NCBI GenBank assembly: GCA_965223155.1
Contig: CBDCVR010000013.1
Coordinates: forward strand, 576,001 to 640,000
Source: Candidatus Multivoradales bacterium
GTDB taxonomy: Bacteria > Acidobacteriota > Thermoanaerobaculia > Multivoradales > JAHEKO01
Length of the DNA: 64,000 nt
Direction of reading: 5' to 3'
Part shown: positions 58,511-64,000 of the stretch, in pieces
Layout: the number at the start of each line of letters is the position of its first letter
How positions within the stretch are numbered: position 1 is the stretch's first letter
The notes under the pieces: generated by a model
Database searches by the model: none
What the model was told of the DNA's origin: nothing
Seen by the model: the letters and a program-made list of their open reading frames with translations, nothing else
Made by a program: the position numbers and the translations under genes

Positions 58511-59755
58511 GTGGTCAAGCTCGCGGTCGACCCGGATCGGGTCTTGGCGGAACTGGACGAGCTGGCCCGAATCGGAGGCGACGGGCGGGCGGTCCACCGT
58601 CCGGCGCTGTCGCCGGGCGACGTCGCCGCCCGGCTCTGGCTGGAAGAGCGCATGGCCGCAGCCGGCCTCGAGACCCGGATCGACGGCGTCGGCAACGTCT
58701 TCGGCCGCACCCCCGGAGCCCGACGGCGCCTGCTCCTGGGCTCGCATACCGACACCGTGCCCGGCGGCGGACGGCTGGATGGCGCGCTCGGCGTCCTCTA
58801 CGGCCTCGAGATCGCCCGTGCCTTCATGGCCGCCGGCGGCGGGGATCCGGGCCTCGAAGTGATCGACTTCTCCGACGAAGAAGGGACTTTTCGTCCCCTG
58901 CTGGGCAGCCGCTCCTATGCCGACTCGCTGGATGAGGGCTCCGGCGTCCGGAGCGCCGACGGACGGTCGCTACAGGAGGCGCTCGACGCCACCCCCTGGT
59001 GCGGGCGTCCGCCGGAACGCCTGGATCCACAAGCCCATCTGGGATACCTCGAGGCCCATATCGAACAAGGCCCCACGCTCGAAGCGTCCGGCTGCGACGT
59101 CGGAGTAGTGGACGCCATCTGCGGCCTCGCCCGGCTGCGCGTCGTCTTTTCGGGCCGCGCGGACCATGCCGGCACGACCCCGCCCGAGCTGCGCCGCGAT
59201 GCCGGCAGCGCCGCTCTGACGCTGGCCGCCGAGGTTCCGGACCTGGGCGCCACCCACGATGCGGCCCTTTGGAACGTGGGCGGTGTGGACCTCGAGCCGG
59301 GCATGTACAACGTCGTCCCGGCTCGAGCCGTGGTCCTGATCGAGTATCGCGGGCACCGGCCCGACTGCCTCGAGAGCGTCGCCGCGGCCACTGGCCGCCG
59401 GGCACACGAACTGGCCGAAGCGAGCGGCCTCACGGTCGAGGTCGAGCGAGGCGCGATCGCCGCGCCGGCCCGGCTGGACGAGGACTTCGGCCGCGCGCTC
59501 GAGAGCGCCGCGCGTCAGACGGACGCGAGCGCGCGCCGGATGGTCAGCGGCGCCGGTCACGACGCCATGGCGATCGCTCCCCACCTGCCCGCCGGCCTGC
59601 TGTTCGTTCCGTCCGTTGGCGGACGCAGCCACGACCCCGACGAGGACACCCGTCCGGAGGACATCGTGCGCGGACTCAAGGTCCTGACCCGGGCGGTCGA
59701 GATCATTCTCGCTGACTCGAGGGCGGGCTCGGGGGCTAACTCGACGGCGGGCTGA
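58511..59755 (+). CDS. M20 family Zn-dependent hydrolase (N-carbamoyl-amino acid / allantoate amidohydrolase type)
   Basis: GSHTDTVPGGGRLDGALG, DEEG, EAHIEQG, HAGTTP, SGAGHDA, SH.P.E. Confidence 0.93.
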   Translation: MVKLAVDPDRVLAELDELARIGGDGRAVHRPALSPGDVAARLWLEERMAAAGLETRIDGVGNVFGRTPGARRRLLLGSHTDTVPGGGRLDGALGVLYGLEIARAFMAAGGGDPGLEVIDFSDEEGTFRPLLGSRSYADSLDEGSGVRSADGRSLQEALDATPWCGRPPERLDPQAHLGYLEAHIEQGPTLEASGCDVGVVDAICGLARLRVVFSGRADHAGTTPPELRRDAGSAALTLAAEVPDLGATHDAALWNVGGVDLEPGMYNVVPARAVVLIEYRGHRPDCLESVAAATGRRAHELAEASGLTVEVERGAIAAPARLDEDFGRALESAARQTDASARRMVSGAGHDAMAIAPHLPAGLLFVPSVGGRSHDPDEDTRPEDIVRGLKVLTRAVEIILADSRAGSGANSTAG

Positions 59756-60209
59756 GCCAGTCGGGGGCCACCCGCACGGCGACCACCGAGGCTTCGGCCA
59801 ACATCCGCTCGCCGACCGCCACCGAAGCTTCCACCCGGCTCTTGCGATCCGAAACCTCGACCACCCGCGCTCGCAGCTCGAGCGTGCGGCCGATCGGGGC
59901 CGGCCGGTGGTAGCGCACGTCCAGCCGGCCGGTGACGAACCAGATCCGCGGCGCCGAGCCCGGTTCGCGGCCTTCCCGCCGGTAGGCGTCGGCAACCGCC
60001 GTGCAGATGGCGTGGCAGTCCAGAACCGTCGCCAGGACGCCGCCGTTGACGACGTGGCGTGGCCCGGCGGCGTGGATCGGAGCCGGCCTGAAGCGCGCGA
60101 CCGCCTCCTCCCCGGCCCAGCGACTCTTGAGCCGCAGGCCGTCCGGGTTGTCCGGACCGCATCCGAAACAGAAGTTCGAGCCGATGAGATCCTGGAAAGC
60201 GTCCGTCAT
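59736..60209 (-). CDS. PaaI-family hotdog thioesterase
   Basis: CFGCG.DNP.GL, VNGG.LA..LDCH, VTG.L.V.Y..P.P. Confidence 0.88.
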   Translation of the reverse strand: MTDAFQDLIGSNFCFGCGPDNPDGLRLKSRWAGEEAVARFRPAPIHAAGPRHVVNGGVLATVLDCHAICTAVADAYRREGREPGSAPRIWFVTGRLDVRYHRPAPIGRTLELRARVVEVSDRKSRVEASVAVGERMLAEASVVAVRVAPDWLSPPSS

Positions 60210-60260
60210 GAACGGCATGGTACCGGGGTCCGCTTGCACCCGGGCGCTCGATCGAGGACG

Positions 60261-61187
60261 ATGTCCGAAGCGATGACCTACCGCTGCTTCCGCCACTCGT
60301 TGTTGGCCGGGACCGGTCCCGGCGACGCGGGCGGTGAATTCTCGCGCCCGGCCGCTCCGCCCTCGCGGGCCTTGGCGACCCTTTGGGCCCTGGCAGCGGC
60401 GTTGGCGGCCCTGGCGCCGGCCCCGCTAGCTGCCGGGACCCTGGGACCCTTTGCCGACTTCGCGGCGGCGGAGGCGTTCCTGAAGGAGGCCGAAGTGGTA
60501 TCCATGGAGCCGTTGGGAGAGGGCGTCACGCAGTCCTCCAAAGCGGTCCTCTCGAACGGCGCGACCACCGCCGCCGCCGTGTGGAAGACCATCGACGAGT
60601 TCCGTCCGGTGATGCGCTTCGACGACGGCGGCCCGCCCGAGCTCGGCTTCCGAGACACCTACAAGAGCGAGATCGCGGCCTACGAGCTGGACCGGCTCCT
60701 GGAGCTGGGCCGGGTGCCGCCAACGGTTCCGCGAACGATCCGGAAGCGGCAGGGCTCGCTCCAGCTCTGGCTTACCGGCTGTATCTCGGAAGCCGAGCGG
60801 CGCCGCGCGGGCAAGAAGCCGACCGACGCGCTCCGGTGGTTCCGGGAGGTCGCCCGAAGCCGCGCCTTTCTCCAACTCGTCGGCGACGCCGATCATCAGA
60901 ACCAAAGCAACCTTCTGGTCGATCCCGAGTTCCGCATCTACGTGATCGACAGCTCGCGGGCCTTCCGCACGCACAAAGACGTCCTGGACAGCGACTCGCT
61001 GACCCGCTTCTCCCGGCAACAGCTCGACGCGCTCCGGGCCCTGGACGAATCGACCCTCGAGACCCGGCTCGGGCAATGGCTGTCCAAGGGACAGCGCGCC
61101 TCCCTGCTGAAGCGGCGGGACCGGATTCTGGAGCGCGCCGCCGAGCTGGTCGCCGAACGCGGCCCCGAGGCCGTCCTTCTTCCCTGA
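60261..61187 (+). CDS. Exported atypical kinase-fold protein (PI3/4-kinase / Fam20-like)
   Basis: Signal peptide ending PLAA; GEGVT loop, AVWK, SEIAAYELDRLL...VPPTV, GSLQLW, D..N..N, IDSSRAF. Start codon uncertain (60261 or 60273). Confidence 0.65.
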   Translation: MSEAMTYRCFRHSLLAGTGPGDAGGEFSRPAAPPSRALATLWALAAALAALAPAPLAAGTLGPFADFAAAEAFLKEAEVVSMEPLGEGVTQSSKAVLSNGATTAAAVWKTIDEFRPVMRFDDGGPPELGFRDTYKSEIAAYELDRLLELGRVPPTVPRTIRKRQGSLQLWLTGCISEAERRRAGKKPTDALRWFREVARSRAFLQLVGDADHQNQSNLLVDPEFRIYVIDSSRAFRTHKDVLDSDSLTRFSRQQLDALRALDESTLETRLGQWLSKGQRASLLKRRDRILERAAELVAERGPEAVLLP

Positions 61188-61266
61188 CGCTCTCCCCTGA
61201 CGCCATCGCGAGGGGCCACGGCGGGCCGGCCGCGACCTCCTACGAGGTCGCGATAGCATCCCGAAC

Positions 61267-61866
61267 ATGCCGAAATTCGAATCCCACCCGAACGCCGCCA
61301 GCGGGACCCATGGCTTCGCCGCGGCTCTCCTGCTCGCCCTGGCCTCGCTCCTGCTTCCCACTTCTCTGCCGGCCCGCGCCGAGCTCGCTCAGCAGGCTCA
61401 ACCCAGCGAACTCGATCCCAGCGCCAGCACGCCCCTCGGAGCGCTCGTGGTCCTGGTCGTCCGGCATGCGGAAAAGGCCGGCACCGACGCCGACCCGGCT
61501 CTGACCGCCTCCGGGCGCGAGCGCGCCGAGCGCCTGAGCCGCTTGACCTCCGCGTCCGGCGTCAACGCCGTCTACTGCACCCAGTTTCTGCGAACCCGGC
61601 AGACGGTCGAGCCGATCGCCTCCGCGCAGGACCTAGAACCGATCGAGGTCGATGCCCACGACACGCCCGGTCTCGTCCGGAAGCTGTTGGCACACCCGCC
61701 CGGAGACGTGGTGGTCGTCGCCGGCCACAGCAACACTGTCCCCGACATCGTCGCCGGCCTCGGCGCGCCACATCCTGGCCCGATTGACGAATCCGACTAC
61801 GACAATCTCTTCATCGTCACGGTCTTCGAGAACGGCAACGCCGGCACCCTCCGCCTTCAGTACTAG
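61267..61866 (+). CDS. Exported histidine phosphatase (SixA/PGM superfamily)
   Basis: Signal peptide ending ARA; VRHAEK, LTASGRERA, RTRQT, GHSNT. Confidence 0.88.
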   Translation: MPKFESHPNAASGTHGFAAALLLALASLLLPTSLPARAELAQQAQPSELDPSASTPLGALVVLVVRHAEKAGTDADPALTASGRERAERLSRLTSASGVNAVYCTQFLRTRQTVEPIASAQDLEPIEVDAHDTPGLVRKLLAHPPGDVVVVAGHSNTVPDIVAGLGAPHPGPIDESDYDNLFIVTVFENGNAGTLRLQY

Positions 61867-61969
61867 TGTCGGGGCCACGATCTGGCTAGGTCTCGGACCT
61901 GAGCTAGACGACCGCGGTATGGGTGTTGCACCGGCAACCGGCACGGGCAATGAGCCCGCGAGCGATCCC

Positions 61970-64000
61970 ATGCAGCTCTTCTTGCCAACCAACGCCTCCA
62001 CCCCCCCTCGCCGGCGCGCGACCGGGCTGGGGGGGCTCGCGCCGTTGCTTCTCGCCGCCGGCGTCCTCTCGGCTCCGGCCGGAGCCATCCGAGCGCCCGG
62101 ACCGGGCGCTCCGGAGCAGGTTCCGCGCCTTCTCGTCGAAGCCGCGGAGGGGCGGAATCGAGCCCGTCTCGAGCGCGCGCTCGAATCCGGCGAGCTCGGC
62201 GCCGGGACGATCCCGATTCAGGCAACCCTCGACGCCACGCCCGCGGCCGGCGGGCTTTCGATCCAAGTCTCAGTGCGGCCCGACGCCCCGGCGGGCCCCT
62301 CGGCGGTCTGGCTCCTCAGTGCCGCGGCGGCGTCACCGGACGCCAGGCCCGCCCTCGTCCACCGCACCGTGACCTGGAGCCCATCGGTCTCCCTGGCGGG
62401 AGCCCCACAGACGCCGACCGGGGGGTTCCGGACCTCGCTTGTTCTGCCGCTGATGGACGATCTTCAGGAGGCAGCGGTCGCCCTGGAGCACCTGGACTCG
62501 GGGCGCTGGGGCGCCGCCTGGATCTCGGAAGCCGCCACGGAAGGCCAGGGTGACGAGCTCAGCGCCGATCTGGAGATACTCGGCCCGGCCGAGAGACCGG
62601 AGCCGGTAGACCCGGAGACTCCTCTCGCCGGCCGGGCTCCCGCAGCCGGAAGCTCGCACCCGGGCGACCCGTCTTCGAACCAGCTCGCGGTGGTCACCAT
62701 CCTGCCCCCTCGAGACTCGCCCGCCGTCGGCCGCCAGCGCATCCGGACGGTGGCATCGCTCGACGGCATCCGCAAGGTTCTCTTCTTTCTGGACGGCCGG
62801 CTGGTGGCGACCGACTCCCGGTCGCCGTTCGCCGCCACGCTCGACTTCGGCCCCGAGGCGGCCGCTCATCTGGTCGAGGTCCGGGCACTCGGCTTCGACG
62901 ATCTGCTGCTCGGAACCAGTAGCCTGCGGGTCAACCCCGGGATCGAGGCCTTCGCCGTCTCCCTCGCCGTTGCCGAGGTCGAGAGCGGGCTCGAAGTCGC
63001 GGCCCGCGTGACGGTCCCGCCCTGGAGCGAGCTCGCCTCGGTCGAGTTCTTCGCCGGCTCCAACACTCTCGGGCCGCAAAGGGAGCCGCCCTTCTCGGCC
63101 CTCCTTCCGGAAGGCTTGGACCCGTCCACGGTGATCCGGGTGCTTGCCCGGTTTGCCGACGGCACCGACCGGGAGGACGCGGGACTGCTTCGGGACCTGC
63201 TCCGCGACGACACCTTCAGCGAACGGGTCGAGGTCAACCTGGTGGAAGTCTACGCGACGGTTACCGACCGGGACGGCCGGCCGGTCCCGGACCTCGAGGC
63301 GTCGGCCTTCCGCCTTCGACTCGGCAAGCGCCCGGTCCAGATCGAGCGCTTCGGAGCCGCTGGGGACCTGCCACTGTCACTCGGCCTCATCGTGGACAGC
63401 TCCGAGAGCATGGATTCCCTGATGACGGCAACCCGGCAGGCCGCCGCCCAGTTCCTGGCCTCGTCGCTAGGCTCGGAGGACCGCGCCTTCCTGGTCGATT
63501 TCGACAGCCGGCCGAGACTTGCCCGGAGCATGACCGGTGAGCTGGCTACCCTGCTCGAGGGCCTGGGCCGCCTCCAGGTCGGCGGCAACACCGCCATCTA
63601 CGACGCGGTCGCGTTCTCGCTCGCCCAGTTCGATTCGGGCGCCGGACGCCGCGCCCTGGTGCTCTTGACCGACGGACGTGACTACGGCAGCCGGATCGAT
63701 AGCAGCCGGTGCCTGGCCGAGGCGCGCAAGCTGGGGGTACCCGTCTACGTCATCGTTCTGGCCAACCAGCACGCGTATCTCCCGGGCGCCGGACTCCCCG
63801 GCCGCAAGACTCCGAAAGCGCCGCCCGCGGACGCCTTCCTCGAGGCCTTCGCCGAGAAGAGCGGCGGCCGCCTGATCTCGGTTACCGATGTCGCCGCCCT
63901 GGCGGCCGTCTACCAGGACATCGGCGCCGAGCTCCGCAGCCAGTACTTCTTGGGCTTCACAACTCCCGAGCGCCTGAACCAAGACGCGATCGAGTCGCTA
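61970..64000 (+). CDS. Exported VWA-domain protein with Ig-like modules (runs off window end)
   Basis: Frame open from 61919/61970 where spot-checked; absent from the ORF track, consistent with no stop before the edge. Signal peptide, VLFFLDG...SPF, VNLVEVYATV, MIDAS DSSES, GNTAIYDA, LLTDG. Confidence 0.82.
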   Translation, partial: MQLFLPTNASTPPRRRATGLGGLAPLLLAAGVLSAPAGAIRAPGPGAPEQVPRLLVEAAEGRNRARLERALESGELGAGTIPIQATLDATPAAGGLSIQVSVRPDAPAGPSAVWLLSAAAASPDARPALVHRTVTWSPSVSLAGAPQTPTGGFRTSLVLPLMDDLQEAAVALEHLDSGRWGAAWISEAATEGQGDELSADLEILGPAERPEPVDPETPLAGRAPAAGSSHPGDPSSNQLAVVTILPPRDSPAVGRQRIRTVASLDGIRKVLFFLDGRLVATDSRSPFAATLDFGPEAAAHLVEVRALGFDDLLLGTSSLRVNPGIEAFAVSLAVAEVESGLEVAARVTVPPWSELASVEFFAGSNTLGPQREPPFSALLPEGLDPSTVIRVLARFADGTDREDAGLLRDLLRDDTFSERVEVNLVEVYATVTDRDGRPVPDLEASAFRLRLGKRPVQIERFGAAGDLPLSLGLIVDSSESMDSLMTATRQAAAQFLASSLGSEDRAFLVDFDSRPRLARSMTGELATLLEGLGRLQVGGNTAIYDAVAFSLAQFDSGAGRRALVLLTDGRDYGSRIDSSRCLAEARKLGVPVYVIVLANQHAYLPGAGLPGRKTPKAPPADAFLEAFAEKSGGRLISVTDVAALAAVYQDIGAELRSQYFLGFTTPERLNQDAIESL

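Noticed and set aside
1-64000. Prophage, IS element, defence island, rRNA or tRNA
   Set aside because: No integrase, transposase, phage or defence motifs seen, no obvious GC shift, and no structural RNA signatures.

Overview
GC-rich (roughly 70%), densely coding bacterial chromosome segment. Gene content (secreted VWA/Ig-like, ASPIC-UnbV and TPR proteins, an M1 peptidase plus membrane partner) suggests an Acidobacteriota genome, possibly Thermoanaerobaculia; this is an inference. About 57 genes are supported. Most are housekeeping: phoH-ybeY-corC-era, hisS-aspS-aroB, ftsY, aroC, pyrR-pyrB-pyrC-suhB, smc, lon, tal-pgi-pgl and a frameshifted copA. They are interspersed with secreted peptidases, hydrolases and unknown proteins. 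I found no rRNA, tRNA, CRISPR array, integrase or transposase. Best leads: (1) a signal-peptide-bearing PI4K/Fam20-like kinase-fold gene next to a signal-peptide-bearing histidine phosphatase and a secreted VWA protein, a candidate extracytoplasmic phosphorylation module; (2) tandem NrdR-like boxes upstream of an smc whose hinge motifs are degenerate; (3) a stand-alone Roadblock/LC7 gene translationally coupled to ftsY; (4) an M23 peptidase with a divergent bactofilin-like protein carrying an extra C-terminal domain; (5) frequent leaderless and bidirectional -10 architecture; (6) a 5 x 14-bp intergenic repeat. All calls come from reading motifs by eye; no database searches were run.
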